IMG/VR virus record: IMGVR_UViG_2974597248_000001
Location: 49,479 to 113,478 of that record
Strand: one strand, 5' to 3'
Length of the DNA: 64,000 nt
Source of the DNA: a virus
Taxonomy: Duplodnaviria; Heunggongvirae; Uroviricota; Caudoviricetes; Demerecviridae
In this document: positions 17,313-27,197 of the stretch, piece by piece
Layout: each line of letters begins with the position of its first letter
Numbering within the stretch: the stretch's first letter is position 1
Translations under genes and position numbers: made by a program
The notes under the pieces: generated by a model
Database searches by the model: none
What the model saw: the letters and a program-made list of their open reading frames with translations, nothing else
Told to the model about the DNA's origin: nothing

Positions 17313-18074
17313 GTGTTATTTATGGGAAAAGCACGTCAAAAAAGAGAGAACCGCAATGGTTCAAGAAAGCGTGGCAACAAGTATGAGAATAACGTAATTC
17401 AGGCTGATTTTTCTAATGATTACGCTAACCCAGTTGCTAAATCCCTAGTAGGTAAAAACCGCGAGCAAAAATCATACATCAATATGATCAAGAACAACAC
17501 AGTGACTGTGGGTATCGGTGAGCCAGGTACTGGTAAAACCTTTATTCCGTCCGTTCTTGCAGCTCAGGAACTCGTAGACATTCACTCAGATATTGAGCAA
17601 GTGATTCTCGTACGTCCTAATGAACCTCTAGGTAAGTCTCTTGGTATGCTTCCTGGTGATCTAGCGGAAAAGCTAGAGCCTTGGTTGGAGCCAATAGCTG
17701 ATGGTATGAAATGGGCTATCGGCGATCATGCATATAAAGGATATGTCGAACGTCAGAAAATTAAATTTTTGGCTATCGAACATGCTCGTGGCAGAACTTT
17801 CAACAACTCCTATGTAATTGTCGATGAAGCTCAGAATATTTCCGTTGAGGCAATGATTTGTCTCCTAACTCGTGTAGGACAAGACTGCCGTTTAATTATC
17901 TGCGGAGATATAGCTCAGAAAGACATTAAAGGTGACTCAGGTCTAGCACTCCTTATGGAAGTCTATGAGAAATACGAAAATGCCCCATTCTCAATGATCG
18001 AATTGATTGATAACGTTCGTTCTGTTGAGTCTAAAGCATTCTATGATATTTTTAAAGACATGGGGAAGGTGTAA
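17313..18074 (+). CDS. phoH: PhoH-like ATPase
   Basis: GIGEPGTGKTF Walker A motif and overall PhoH architecture. Confidence 0.85.
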   Translation: MLFMGKARQKRENRNGSRKRGNKYENNVIQADFSNDYANPVAKSLVGKNREQKSYINMIKNNTVTVGIGEPGTGKTFIPSVLAAQELVDIHSDIEQVILVRPNEPLGKSLGMLPGDLAEKLEPWLEPIADGMKWAIGDHAYKGYVERQKIKFLAIEHARGRTFNNSYVIVDEAQNISVEAMICLLTRVGQDCRLIICGDIAQKDIKGDSGLALLMEVYEKYENAPFSMIELIDNVRSVESKAFYDIFKDMGKV

Positions 18075-18075
18075 T

Positions 18076-18297
18076 ATGGGAAACGTCGTTCATCTGAGCC
18101 GTAAAACTAAAATACATCGTACTTCACTGAGTGCTGCTAATATGATTACACGTAAGGAAGGGGAAGAAAGTCCTAAGACAACCCTAGCGTGGAAAATTGT
18201 AACCTCAAATCCAAATAAACCATTCAATTATAACGAGCTGAGCACCTCCATAGATATTCTATTAAAAGAAGTAGCTAGAGCTAAAGTAATTGAATAA
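18076..18297 (+). CDS. hypothetical protein
   Basis: ATG immediately after the phoH stop; 73 aa. Confidence 0.45.
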   Translation: MGNVVHLSRKTKIHRTSLSAANMITRKEGEESPKTTLAWKIVTSNPNKPFNYNELSTSIDILLKEVARAKVIE

Positions 18298-18439
18298 GCT
18301 AAAAAGCTAGACTGGTAATATACAGGGCCTGGGTATGAAAATACTCGGGCCTTTTCTATCAGAAAATTTTATTTGCCTAATGACCGATAATAAAGTAGAA
18401 TATTCCTTAAATCCTGATAACTATAAAAAGGAAAGCCAA

Positions 18440-20773
18440 ATGAGCCATCGCATTGAAAAAGTAATTAAACGTGACGGTACCGTAGAAGACTTTGCTCCTG
18501 AAAAACTCAATGGTTGGGCAGAGTATGGTTGCAAAACAGTTGATGTAAGTTGGTCAGCCATTACTATGGCTGCTCAAAAAACTCTGCCTAAAGGGGTTGT
18601 AGATTCCGACACTCTGATGGATGCATTAATTAAAGCTGCTGAAAGTCTTATTAAAGATAACCCAGCATATGATGTGCCAGCAAAGGAATTACGTCTTGCG
18701 CAAATGCGTAAACGCCTTTATGATTCCTTCGAACCGCCTTCTCTGCGCTTCTTCCATGACCATATGGTTAGCGTAGGTGCATGGGAAGACATGAGTGCAT
18801 GGATTACCGATGAGCAATTCGAAGCTCTGAATCAGGTTATAGACCATGATCGTGATCGTCTTTTTACTAGTGGTGGACTGAAGCAGTTCTTTGATAAGTA
18901 TTCCCGTCGTAACATAGCCACTGGTGAAATTTATGAAACTCCGCAGTTTGCCTACATGGGTATGGCAATGGCGATGTTATCTCAACCTAACTGGACAATT
19001 CTAGATGCAATCGACCTCTACAACGCAATGTCACTCCACAAAATCAACGTTCCTACGCCGCCACTGGTTGGTCTGCGCTCTAGTGACCGTGGATTTGCTA
19101 GTTGCTGCCTCGTGGATTCCACTGACACGTTGGATTCAATCGACACCGCCGAGCACATCGTCTTCAAAATGGTCGCAGCCAGAGCGGGAATCGGGTATCA
19201 TCTTGAAAGCCGATCAATTGCTGATCCGGTGCGAAATGGGGCATTCCCGCATTCCGGAAAACTGCCATATTATCGACACATTGACCGCTCAGTAAAGGCC
19301 AATACTCAGCAAACTCGTGGTGGTTCTGCCACGGTGTCCTATCCATACTTCGACCCTGAAATCATTCAATTGATGCAGGTTAAGCAACAACGTGCTACAG
19401 ATGAGAATAAAATCGATAAGATGGATTATTCTCTGAGCTTTAACAATCTTTTGTTAAAACGTTATCTTAAAAACGAAGATATTACGCTAATGTCATACTT
19501 CTATGCTCCAGAAGTTCATGAAGCGTTTTATAGTGATGACGAGGCTAAATTTGAGGAAATCTACGTGGCAGCGGAGAAACGTGTGGCATCTCTTACAAAG
19601 ATCGACCACGAAGGAAAAACAGTTCCAGCAGCTCCTAAAGTCTCTGCAAAAGAAATCCTAGATACTTGGCTACGTATCCGAATGGAAACAGGACGTATGT
19701 ATGCTCATCATATCGGGGAATCTAATCGTCATGGTAATTTCCTTGATCCGATCCGTATGACAAACCTTTGTGTTGAGATTACTCAGCCTACACGCCCGTT
19801 CCATCATATCACGGAACTGTATAAAACAAAAGAACAACTTGATCAAATGAAGCCGGAGGATATTGGTGAAGTATCTCTGTGTAACTTAGGTGGTGTTGTA
19901 CTTGGACGCATGGAATCTCTGGCTGAGTGGGAAAAAACTTGCTACATCCTCCTGAAATTCGTTGATACAATTATTGAGATTCAGGATTATCCGTTCCCAA
20001 CTATGGAATATACGGCTAAGAAACGTCGTAATGTTGGTATTGGCCTGATGAACGCAGCAGGTGCAATGGCAGCAGAAGGTCTGGCTTATGAAGGTATTGA
20101 AGCCCGTAACTGGATTCACCGTGAGGCTGAAAAACTGTCTTACTTCCTGCATAAAGCCTCTGTACGCCTAGCTAAAGAACAGGGTGCATGTGAATGGTTT
20201 GATCGTACTAAACCATCTAAAGGAATTCTGGTAATCGACACGTACAAGAAAACTGTTGATGAACTGGTATCCGTAGGTCTAGAAATGGATTGGGAGTCTC
20301 TACGTGCAGATATTCTGAAATATGGTATGCGTAACTCTGTTCTGACTGCTCAGATGCCAGGAGAAAGTTCTTCTGTTCTGCTAGGAGTTACTAACTCTAT
20401 CGAACCGCCTCGTAAGATTGTATCTATCAAGGGTAGTGCAGTGAATAAAGTAATTGCAATTGCTCCGGGTGCAACCGATTGGGAAACGTTAATGAGCTAT
20501 AAACTGGCTTATGATGTAGATCGTATCGAGTGGATCAAGTGGGTAGCAACTATGCAGAAATTCTTCAGCCAGTCTATCAGTACGAATATGTACTATGACT
20601 ACACCAAGTTTGAGAATGAAATCATTCCTGGCCCAGTAGTAGTTCGTGATTTCATGACTGCTGTTAAGTATGGGTGGAAAACTTTCTACTATGCAAACTT
20701 CAATACCGCAAATGGTGGAGGTGCAGGTGAAGAAGCTGCTGCTGGATGTGCATCCGGTGGTTGTCAATTATAA
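18440..20773 (+). CDS. nrdA: ribonucleoside-diphosphate reductase alpha subunit (class Ia)
   Basis: ATP-cone start MSHRIEKVIKRDG and catalytic-region motifs (CNLG, SCCLVDS). An RBS (AAAGGAAAG) lies upstream. Confidence 0.9.
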   Translation: MSHRIEKVIKRDGTVEDFAPEKLNGWAEYGCKTVDVSWSAITMAAQKTLPKGVVDSDTLMDALIKAAESLIKDNPAYDVPAKELRLAQMRKRLYDSFEPPSLRFFHDHMVSVGAWEDMSAWITDEQFEALNQVIDHDRDRLFTSGGLKQFFDKYSRRNIATGEIYETPQFAYMGMAMAMLSQPNWTILDAIDLYNAMSLHKINVPTPPLVGLRSSDRGFASCCLVDSTDTLDSIDTAEHIVFKMVAARAGIGYHLESRSIADPVRNGAFPHSGKLPYYRHIDRSVKANTQQTRGGSATVSYPYFDPEIIQLMQVKQQRATDENKIDKMDYSLSFNNLLLKRYLKNEDITLMSYFYAPEVHEAFYSDDEAKFEEIYVAAEKRVASLTKIDHEGKTVPAAPKVSAKEILDTWLRIRMETGRMYAHHIGESNRHGNFLDPIRMTNLCVEITQPTRPFHHITELYKTKEQLDQMKPEDIGEVSLCNLGGVVLGRMESLAEWEKTCYILLKFVDTIIEIQDYPFPTMEYTAKKRRNVGIGLMNAAGAMAAEGLAYEGIEARNWIHREAEKLSYFLHKASVRLAKEQGACEWFDRTKPSKGILVIDTYKKTVDELVSVGLEMDWESLRADILKYGMRNSVLTAQMPGESSSVLLGVTNSIEPPRKIVSIKGSAVNKVIAIAPGATDWETLMSYKLAYDVDRIEWIKWVATMQKFFSQSISTNMYYDYTKFENEIIPGPVVVRDFMTAVKYGWKTFYYANFNTANGGGAGEEAAAGCASGGCQL

Positions 20774-20780
20774 TAAATAA

Positions 20781-20800
20781 GGGGCGAAAGCCCCTTTATT
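20781..20800 (+). terminator. rho-independent terminator after nrdA
   Basis: GGGGC-GAAA-GCCCC followed by TTTATT. Confidence 0.7.
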
Positions 20801-20828
20801 AGGCCTATCATAGCTGTAATTTTAGATT

Positions 20829-21311
20829 ATGGAAGAAAAATATAAAGAAATAGCTGGGTTATTTGACTATAATCCAGAAACTGGAATCTTTACCCACAAA
20901 CCTAGAGAAGATAAATCCTTTAATACTAAGTTTGCTGGCAAAGAAGCAGGTTCTCTAGAAAAATGCTCAGGATATATAGTAATGCAAGTAAGGGGTAAAA
21001 AATACTATGCACATATCCTAGCATTCTATATCACTCATGGATACATTCCAAAAGAAGTAGACCATGACAACAGAATACGTCATGATAATAGGGCAATTAA
21101 TTTATTAGCATCTGATAGATTTAACAATGGAAAGAATGTCGGAGCGCACAAAGACAATAAGTTAGGTATTAAGAATATACACCAAAAAGCAAGCGGATCT
21201 TACCAAGTCCAGATTGCTAGAAAAGGCGTAAAACATACTAAAACATTCAAAGAATTAGAGGATGCTATAGAATGGCGCGATGCTAAACTATTGGAGCTTG
21301 ATAGTTTATAA
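20829..21311 (+). CDS. HNH homing endonuclease (HNH plus AP2-like DNA-binding domain)
   Basis: HNH motif VDHDNRIRHDNRAINL. The gene is inserted between nrdA and nrdB. Confidence 0.75.
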   Translation: MEEKYKEIAGLFDYNPETGIFTHKPREDKSFNTKFAGKEAGSLEKCSGYIVMQVRGKKYYAHILAFYITHGYIPKEVDHDNRIRHDNRAINLLASDRFNNGKNVGAHKDNKLGIKNIHQKASGSYQVQIARKGVKHTKTFKELEDAIEWRDAKLLELDSL

Positions 21312-21317
21312 TTTTAC

Positions 21318-21346
21318 TTGCTAATCGCTACCAGATTTGCTATAAT
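21318..21346 (+). promoter_or_regulatory. T5-early-type sigma70 promoter
   Basis: TTGCTA-17-TATAAT; upstream of nrdB. Confidence 0.6.
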
Positions 21347-21377
21347 ATTCCTGAAATAGTGAGAAAGAGGAAAATCA

Positions 21378-22523
21378 ATGACAACTTTACTTAACTTAAA
21401 CTGGGATCACACCAATAAAGATCTATTTCTCGGTGATTCTCTTGGTATTGCAGATTATGTACGAGTAGCCCATCCAGAGCTAGAAAGACTGGCGTTATTA
21501 GCTCGCTCTCAATTTTGGACTGAAACTGAAATTAGTCTTGAAGCTGATAAAAAGCAGTGGGGTAATCTCCCACGTGAAATTCAGGAAATTACACTCCTGA
21601 ACTTAGCATGGCAGACTCAAACTGATTCCTTTATCAGTCGTGCCCCGGAAGCAGCTATTATGCCGCTTGTAAGTCGTCCAGAATTAGAGGGTATGCTCAA
21701 ACAGTGGAGCTACTTCGAAGATCTGCATAGTCGTGCTTATAGCAATATTATCCGTAATGTGCTAACTGATCCAGCAGAATTTATTGATTCTGTAACCAAA
21801 AACCAAGAAGCATTCGCACGCATCGCTGATTCTGTTGAACTATTCGATGAACTGTACCAGTTAGGTCAGTATTTCATCGCAGTACGCGATCATCGTGGCG
21901 ACAATACATATCCAGAAACTGAGTTCCCTGAAGTTAAACGTGAAACTCAGGCTAAGCTATTAGATGCTTACTTTGCGATCTACGGTCTGGAAGCAATGCA
22001 GTTTTACGCATCCTTTGCATGTACCTTTGCATTAGCAGAGAACGATATTCTGCAAGGTATTGCTAAAAATCTGCAATTAATCGCTAAAGATGAAGCTCTA
22101 CACACTCAGATGTCTAAAGCAATCATCCAGATTATGTTCCAGCAGTTTGACAAAGATCTGGTAGATGAAGCAGTGGCTAAAGCACCAGCACAGCTCCTGA
22201 AAACTCTGAAAACTGAAATTGAATGGGGTCATTTCATTTTCAAAGGTCGTAGTCTGATTGGTTTGAACGCAGAACTTCTAGAAGAGTACCTATATTTTGT
22301 AGGGCGTAATGCGTTCATGCACATTGGTGTAGAATGGCCTAGTCATTTACCAGTAATCACCAAAAACCCTATTCCGTGGATCATGAACTGGTTGGATACC
22401 ACTTCTTTACAGCCTGCTCCACAAGAAATCCAGATTGGTGCAGCCTACCGTGTAGGTCAGGTAACTGAGACCTCTACGGATACTCTGAAAGATCTGGGCA
22501 ATGAATTTGGAGATTTCTTATGA
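21378..22523 (+). CDS. nrdB: ribonucleoside-diphosphate reductase beta subunit
   Basis: 381 aa with a ferritin-like diiron pattern (E..H, EALH); adjacent to nrdA. Confidence 0.85.
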   Translation: MTTLLNLNWDHTNKDLFLGDSLGIADYVRVAHPELERLALLARSQFWTETEISLEADKKQWGNLPREIQEITLLNLAWQTQTDSFISRAPEAAIMPLVSRPELEGMLKQWSYFEDLHSRAYSNIIRNVLTDPAEFIDSVTKNQEAFARIADSVELFDELYQLGQYFIAVRDHRGDNTYPETEFPEVKRETQAKLLDAYFAIYGLEAMQFYASFACTFALAENDILQGIAKNLQLIAKDEALHTQMSKAIIQIMFQQFDKDLVDEAVAKAPAQLLKTLKTEIEWGHFIFKGRSLIGLNAELLEEYLYFVGRNAFMHIGVEWPSHLPVITKNPIPWIMNWLDTTSLQPAPQEIQIGAAYRVGQVTETSTDTLKDLGNEFGDFL

Positions 22524-23053
22524 TAACGGCATTATATGCAGTTGGGCCGAATGGGGAGTTCGGCCTCCGAGGTAAACTCCCCTGGGGTTCCTTCAAAGAA
22601 GAACTAGATGCTTTCTACTCTCAACTGGACGTGCTGAACCCAGATAACATCATTATTGGTGCAGGTACTTATTTAGCACTTCCAGAAGTTGTTCGGCAAC
22701 GTATGATTGGAGAATCTGACCTCTTTATTCGTGCGGACCGTCCCCTGCCTGATGATATTAAACATGGTATCTATACCCCAATTTCAAAGATTGGGGATAC
22801 ATTACCTACGTTCTTAAAAGATCAGCAGACAGTGGTTTTAGGCGGTGCAACATTACTGTACGAAATGTATATTCATGGACATATTGAAAGTGCTTTTGTA
22901 TCCACAATCTTTAGTAATCAAAAACTAGAGGCAGATGTACATCTGGATAATACGATTCTAGATTACAACTATGAATCCACTCGTTTAGTTTATGCAACTG
23001 GCGCAAACAGTGATAACAGCCTGCGATTTGTACAGGAATTGGTTACTTATTAA
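22520..23053 (+). CDS. frd: dihydrofolate reductase
   Basis: GLRGKLPWG motif near the N-terminus; 177 aa; overlaps the nrdB stop. Confidence 0.75.
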   Translation: MITALYAVGPNGEFGLRGKLPWGSFKEELDAFYSQLDVLNPDNIIIGAGTYLALPEVVRQRMIGESDLFIRADRPLPDDIKHGIYTPISKIGDTLPTFLKDQQTVVLGGATLLYEMYIHGHIESAFVSTIFSNQKLEADVHLDNTILDYNYESTRLVYATGANSDNSLRFVQELVTY

Positions 23054-23886
23054 TGAAACAGTATATTGATTTAATTAATAAAGTTTTATCTGAGGGAACC
23101 CACGTGTCTGACCGGACAGGTGTAGGTACTATCTCTTCCCTAAATAATATTGTCTCTTTTGACCTTACTAAAGGGTTTCCAGCAGTAACAACAAAAGCAC
23201 TAGCGTGGAAATCCGTAGTAGGGGAGTTGTTGTGGTTCCTCTCAGGATCTACTAACTTGTATGATCTAGAAGAGTATACTCATGGGACTAGAGGAGAGAA
23301 GCGTACTATCTGGCATCCTAATTATGAAAAACAAGGGGTCGAAAAAGGCTACACTGATGGTTATCTGGGATATATTTATGGGAAAAATTGGAGAGACTTC
23401 TTCGGTACAGACCAGATTATGAAATTAATCGAGGATATCAAAGCCGATACTTTTCATAATAGAAAAATGGTAGTATCAGCATGGAATCCTGCCAAACTTG
23501 ACGACGTTGTGCTTTCTCCCTGCCACGTAATGTTCTCCGTAAACCAAAGAGATGGACACCTACACTTAACATGGTACCAGGTTAGTTGTGATGTATTTCT
23601 AGGATTACCATTTAATATAGCTAGCTATGCCTTACTCTGTCATATTTTAGCTGCACTCACAGGAAAGAAACCTGGGTCAGTAACAGGACATCTTGTGGAC
23701 ACTCATATTTACTTAAATCACCTAGACCAAGTAAAGGAGCAAGTAACTAGAGAACCACTGGAGCTACCTAGACTAGTACTACCAAACTTCTCTTCCTTAG
23801 AAGATCTTCTGGCCCTAACACCCAAAGACTTTATCCTGGAAGAATATAAACATCACCCTAAATTAACTGGTAAAATGGCAGCATGA
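23053..23886 (+). CDS. td: thymidylate synthase (ThyA type), uninterrupted
   Basis: PCHVMFSVNQ...YQVSCDVFLGLPFNIASYALL active-site block; 277 aa and contiguous. Confidence 0.9.
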   Translation: MKQYIDLINKVLSEGTHVSDRTGVGTISSLNNIVSFDLTKGFPAVTTKALAWKSVVGELLWFLSGSTNLYDLEEYTHGTRGEKRTIWHPNYEKQGVEKGYTDGYLGYIYGKNWRDFFGTDQIMKLIEDIKADTFHNRKMVVSAWNPAKLDDVVLSPCHVMFSVNQRDGHLHLTWYQVSCDVFLGLPFNIASYALLCHILAALTGKKPGSVTGHLVDTHIYLNHLDQVKEQVTREPLELPRLVLPNFSSLEDLLALTPKDFILEEYKHHPKLTGKMAA

Positions 23887-24656
23887 TTTACATCTATAGT
23901 ATAACTCAGCTATCTACGGGAAGACAGTACGTTGGATCGACTAAGGATATTGAGGCTAGAAAGCGTAAACATTTTTACTCGCTAAGTAAGGGGAACCACC
24001 ATAACGCTTTTCTACAGAGAGCTTATGATAAAACTGGAAAGCAAGACTTTGTATTTGACATCTTAGATACTACTGAAGAAGTAGATCAGCAGTTCCTACT
24101 AGAAGAAGAGTGGGCTAAAGAGCTGGGAGCAGAGTTCAACATAGGTAGTTACGGTGGTGGGGATAATCTCACAAATAATCCTCGAAGAGAGGAGATTATT
24201 AAGAGAATTGGTGAGAGTGTTAGAAAGCATATAGCGTCCTTATCTGAAGAAGAAAGAAAAGCCAGGTGGAGTAGACCAGGTGAGCTAAACTATAACTGGA
24301 AGGGAGGAGTATCTACTCGCTCAAAAACATGTATTGATTGTGGTTCCCTACTAGCCCTTAATAACACTAATGGGGAGTACTGTAATAGTTGCAGGGATCG
24401 AACAGGAGAGAATAACCCCTTTTATGGGAAGAAGCACACTGAAGAGGCTCTGAGCAAGATGTCTCAGGCTTCTAAGCAGTACCAAGAAAGTATTAGAGAG
24501 GGAAAGACACCCATTCCTACCCACTTTAAGGCAGTACGTGTGGATGGCGTGGAATATATTAGTATGAGTGCAGCAGCTAGAGCATTGGGGTGTTCCACAG
24601 CTACTATAGGTAATAGAGTTCGTTCACCTAAGTTCCCGACGTATGAGTTTGTGTAA
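23883..24656 (+). CDS. GIY-YIG homing endonuclease with a C-terminal Zn finger / HTH
   Basis: IYIYSI...GRQYVGST GIY-YIG motif and CIDCGS..CNSC. Overlaps the td stop by 4 nt. Confidence 0.8.
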   Translation: MIYIYSITQLSTGRQYVGSTKDIEARKRKHFYSLSKGNHHNAFLQRAYDKTGKQDFVFDILDTTEEVDQQFLLEEEWAKELGAEFNIGSYGGGDNLTNNPRREEIIKRIGESVRKHIASLSEEERKARWSRPGELNYNWKGGVSTRSKTCIDCGSLLALNNTNGEYCNSCRDRTGENNPFYGKKHTEEALSKMSQASKQYQESIREGKTPIPTHFKAVRVDGVEYISMSAAARALGCSTATIGNRVRSPKFPTYEFV

Positions 24657-24661
24657 TTTAA

Positions 24662-24688
24662 ATAGCCCTTCGGGGCTATTATATTTAA
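24662..24688 (+). terminator. rho-independent terminator
   Basis: AGCCC-TTCG-GGGCT followed by ATTATATTT. Confidence 0.55.
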
Positions 24689-24695
24689 ATTTCAT

Positions 24696-24724
24696 TTGCT
24701 TATTTAGTGAGATTTAAATATAAT
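24696..24724 (+). promoter_or_regulatory. T5-early-type sigma70 promoter
   Basis: TTGCTT-17-TATAAT. Confidence 0.6.
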
Positions 24725-24749
24725 ATATTTTATAAATTGGAGGTATATA

Positions 24750-25031
24750 ATGATCTCAGCCAAAGAAGCTCAAGAACTTGCAGGATTAACAGAAGTACCC
24801 GCACTTCTAAAGTTTATAGAAGAAAAGATTGTAGAAGCTGCTAAGTCTGGAAATACAGAAGTAATTATTCGAGATAACCCTTACGCTAGGTGGCTATATA
24901 ATCCTAGAGAAATGCCAGGAGCAGCTAAATCGGTACTAAAAACCTTATCGGATAAGGGGTATCATCTCTCACAATACTACCGAGAAGCCGCCTTTGTAGA
25001 CATGGGTCTTAAAATTAGTTGGGAGGTATAA
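24750..25031 (+). CDS. hypothetical protein
   Basis: 93 aa; promoter at 24696-24724. Confidence 0.5.
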   Translation: MISAKEAQELAGLTEVPALLKFIEEKIVEAAKSGNTEVIIRDNPYARWLYNPREMPGAAKSVLKTLSDKGYHLSQYYREAAFVDMGLKISWEV

Positions 25032-25507
25032 TGTCGGTTTTCCACATTTACACAGATGGTGCTTGTAAGTCTAACCCAGGTCCAGGTGCTTGGGGTTTTA
25101 TTGTCTATGATGATAACGATGATCGTTTAGGTTCTAAATCTGGTTATAGTCCTAAAACTACAAATAATGAGATGGAACTCACAGCTATTGTAGAAGCTCT
25201 ACGTTGGTCTGTTAAAAAAGATAATAGACCAATTGCTATCTATACTGACTCTGCTTATTGCAAAAATGGCATGGAAAGTTGGATGTTTTCTTGGCAAAGG
25301 AAAGGCTGGAAGAAAGCAGATGGTGAAGTTCCTCTTAATCTAGAACTTTGGCAGGAAGCATTTAAATTAACACAGCAGTATATCAACTTTCATAATACTA
25401 ACCCTACCTTTATTAAGGTTAAAGGACATTCTGGTATTAGTGGTAATGAAGCTGTAGATGCCTTATGTAATACAGTTATTACTGAAGCTGAAATGGCTGA
25501 GATGTGA
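25031..25507 (+). CDS. rnh: ribonuclease H (HI type)
   Basis: MSVFHIYTDGACKSNPGPGAWG...TNNEMEL...YTDS...KGHSG (the DEDD tetrad context). An RBS (GGAGG) precedes the start. Confidence 0.85.
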   Translation: MSVFHIYTDGACKSNPGPGAWGFIVYDDNDDRLGSKSGYSPKTTNNEMELTAIVEALRWSVKKDNRPIAIYTDSAYCKNGMESWMFSWQRKGWKKADGEVPLNLELWQEAFKLTQQYINFHNTNPTFIKVKGHSGISGNEAVDALCNTVITEAEMAEM

Positions 25508-25528
25508 TAAATAAATTAAAAAATTCTC

Positions 25529-25557
25529 TTGCTTAAAGCCCTCTAATTTAGTATAAT
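25529..25557 (+). promoter_or_regulatory. T5-early-type sigma70 promoter
   Basis: TTGCTT-17-TATAAT. Confidence 0.6.
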
Positions 25558-25584
25558 ATTCGTATTGAAAGTGAGGGGGGCTTT

Positions 25585-25869
25585 ATGCGGATTTATAACT
25601 CAAACTCATTAGGATTTAAACCATTGAGAAAACGTGCACAATCACCTCGTCAAATAAGAAAGGCTAATATTGGTGAGCCGGAAACACGTCTTCCACCCCC
25701 TCCAGAACAACGTTTAGTTTATCTGGACGAAGAATTAGCTGAACGCGAAAGAAAAGCTCAAGAAGAGATTGAGCGTAAGAAAATGTGTACTGCTCCAGCC
25801 TACTCCAAAGGGGCTTATCAGTATATCTATACAGCCGAAGAGGCTAAAGATGCGGGGCGTAAAAAATGA
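25585..25869 (+). CDS. hypothetical protein
   Basis: 94 aa; promoter at 25529-25557. Confidence 0.5.
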   Translation: MRIYNSNSLGFKPLRKRAQSPRQIRKANIGEPETRLPPPPEQRLVYLDEELAERERKAQEEIERKKMCTAPAYSKGAYQYIYTAEEAKDAGRKK

Positions 25870-26315
25870 AGATTACTGAATTTAAAGGTGCTTATAGTTT
25901 CTTATCAAACTTTTATTTATCACCAATTACTTTCGAATATCTAAATGAAATATGGCATGCTGATACTGTAGAACATGCTTTTCAGGCTATGAAATCCGAC
26001 CAAAAAGATGATGTAGCTCATGTACTGCGCTCCCTAAATGCAGGTGTTGCCAAACGTAGAGGACGTAAATTAACTCTGCGCTCTGACTGGGATAAGGTAA
26101 AAGATGATGTAATGCTAGAGCTTTTACGGTTAAAGTTTGCAATCCCTGATTTGAGAGACAAACTGTTAGCAACAAAAAATGCAACTTTGATCGAAGGAAA
26201 TACCTGGGGAGATACATATTGGGGTGTTTGCCGAGGCATCGGGGATAATACTTTAGGAGTTCTTTTGATGCAGGTAAGGTCTGAAATTAAAAGAAGCTTA
26301 CAGTTAATAAATTAA
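25866..26315 (+). CDS. NADAR / YbiA (DUF1768) family protein
   Basis: Clear alignment to E. coli YbiA: FLSNF...VEHAFQAMKS and LKFAIPDLRDKLLATKNATLIEGNTWGDTYWG. Confidence 0.8.
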   Translation: MKITEFKGAYSFLSNFYLSPITFEYLNEIWHADTVEHAFQAMKSDQKDDVAHVLRSLNAGVAKRRGRKLTLRSDWDKVKDDVMLELLRLKFAIPDLRDKLLATKNATLIEGNTWGDTYWGVCRGIGDNTLGVLLMQVRSEIKRSLQLIN

Positions 26316-26323
26316 AAATTCAT

Positions 26324-26352
26324 TTGCTAAACGCTTCAAATTCTCGTATAAT
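26324..26352 (+). promoter_or_regulatory. T5-early-type sigma70 promoter
   Basis: AAAAATTCATTTGCTAAA...TATAAT...TCATAAATTGATAAAC. Confidence 0.65.
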
Positions 26353-26390
26353 ATACTTCATAAATTGATAAACAAAAAGGAAAACAAATA

Positions 26391-26906
26391 ATGGCTAAGC
26401 AGAAAAACGCAAAAACTCAAGCAGCTCCGGCAGTTAAAACTTTCCCGCAGACCGAGGCTAATCGCAAAGCTCGTCTGGAGCGTCACCTGCGTAAGCATCC
26501 TACCGATGCTCAGGCTGCGCAAGCACTGAATAATCCGGCTCCGATTCGTCAGAAGCCTAAGGCTAAAAATGCCACCCGTAAATCCTACAAAATGGTTATG
26601 TATGTAGAAAATTACGGCCACAAATCTGTCCCAGTTTCCCTGAGCTTTAACGCTGGGGCTGAATTGTTCTCTCGTAATGGTATGTCTATGAAAGACTATG
26701 AGAAGGCAGTTAACCAGAAGCGTAAACCAACAGCAGATGTATTGCGTGATACTCGTGGACAGTTTGGTTCTGTTAAGCCAAATATCTTTGGCGTAGAGTA
26801 TAGTAAAGATAATGTTCGTGCTCTATGTTACGGTGTAGGCATTAAGTTCACGGGTGATTCTGCTCGTAAATCTGCTAAACCAGCGCGCAAGCGTAAAGCG
26901 AAGTAA
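26391..26906 (+). CDS. basic (Lys/Arg-rich) hypothetical protein
   Basis: 171 aa; promoter at 26324-26352; terminator downstream. Confidence 0.55.
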   Translation: MAKQKNAKTQAAPAVKTFPQTEANRKARLERHLRKHPTDAQAAQALNNPAPIRQKPKAKNATRKSYKMVMYVENYGHKSVPVSLSFNAGAELFSRNGMSMKDYEKAVNQKRKPTADVLRDTRGQFGSVKPNIFGVEYSKDNVRALCYGVGIKFTGDSARKSAKPARKRKAK

Positions 26907-26916
26907 TAGATAAATA

Positions 26917-26940
26917 GGGGCGAAAGCCCCTCTTATTTGG
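26917..26940 (+). terminator. rho-independent terminator
   Basis: GGGGC-GAAA-GCCCC followed by TCTTATTT. Confidence 0.65.
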
Positions 26941-26947
26941 AGAAACT

Positions 26948-27169
26948 ATGCGTAATTTTGTAGTAAAGAATGATTTTAACCGTGCTAGCACTCATAAGTC
27001 TGCTAGAGATTACACACGACTTTCTAGTCATGAGATAATGGATTTAGCAGTGGATGAGTTAGACTTAGATGACCTCTCTATGGAAGAGAACTGGGATGTC
27101 AGTGAGGATATGCTTCCTGGTTTTAAAGACCCCAAGAAGTGGGAGTCTATTAAAGAGACAGCTCTTTAA
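26948..27169 (+). CDS. hypothetical acidic protein
   Basis: 73 aa. Confidence 0.45.
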   Translation: MRNFVVKNDFNRASTHKSARDYTRLSSHEIMDLAVDELDLDDLSMEENWDVSEDMLPGFKDPKKWESIKETAL

Positions 27170-27197
27170 TAGTTTTCTACACAATAAAGGATAAGTT

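Noticed and set aside
18298-18439. A terminator hairpin between 18076..18297 and nrdA (GGGCCTGGG...CTCGGGCC).
   Set aside because: The two arms are not complementary on inspection. A weaker TTGCCT-17-TAGAAT promoter-like sequence is present instead, but I did not list it.
19005-20767. ORFs inside nrdA (19005..19295+, 19164..19346-, 19886..20152-, 20489..20767-).
   Set aside because: They lie wholly within the nrdA reading frame region, and nrdA has strong homology support.
23053-23886. I expected a group I intron in td, by analogy with T4.
   Set aside because: The thymidylate synthase ORF is continuous (277 aa with all active-site blocks). The GIY-YIG endonuclease is free-standing, immediately downstream.
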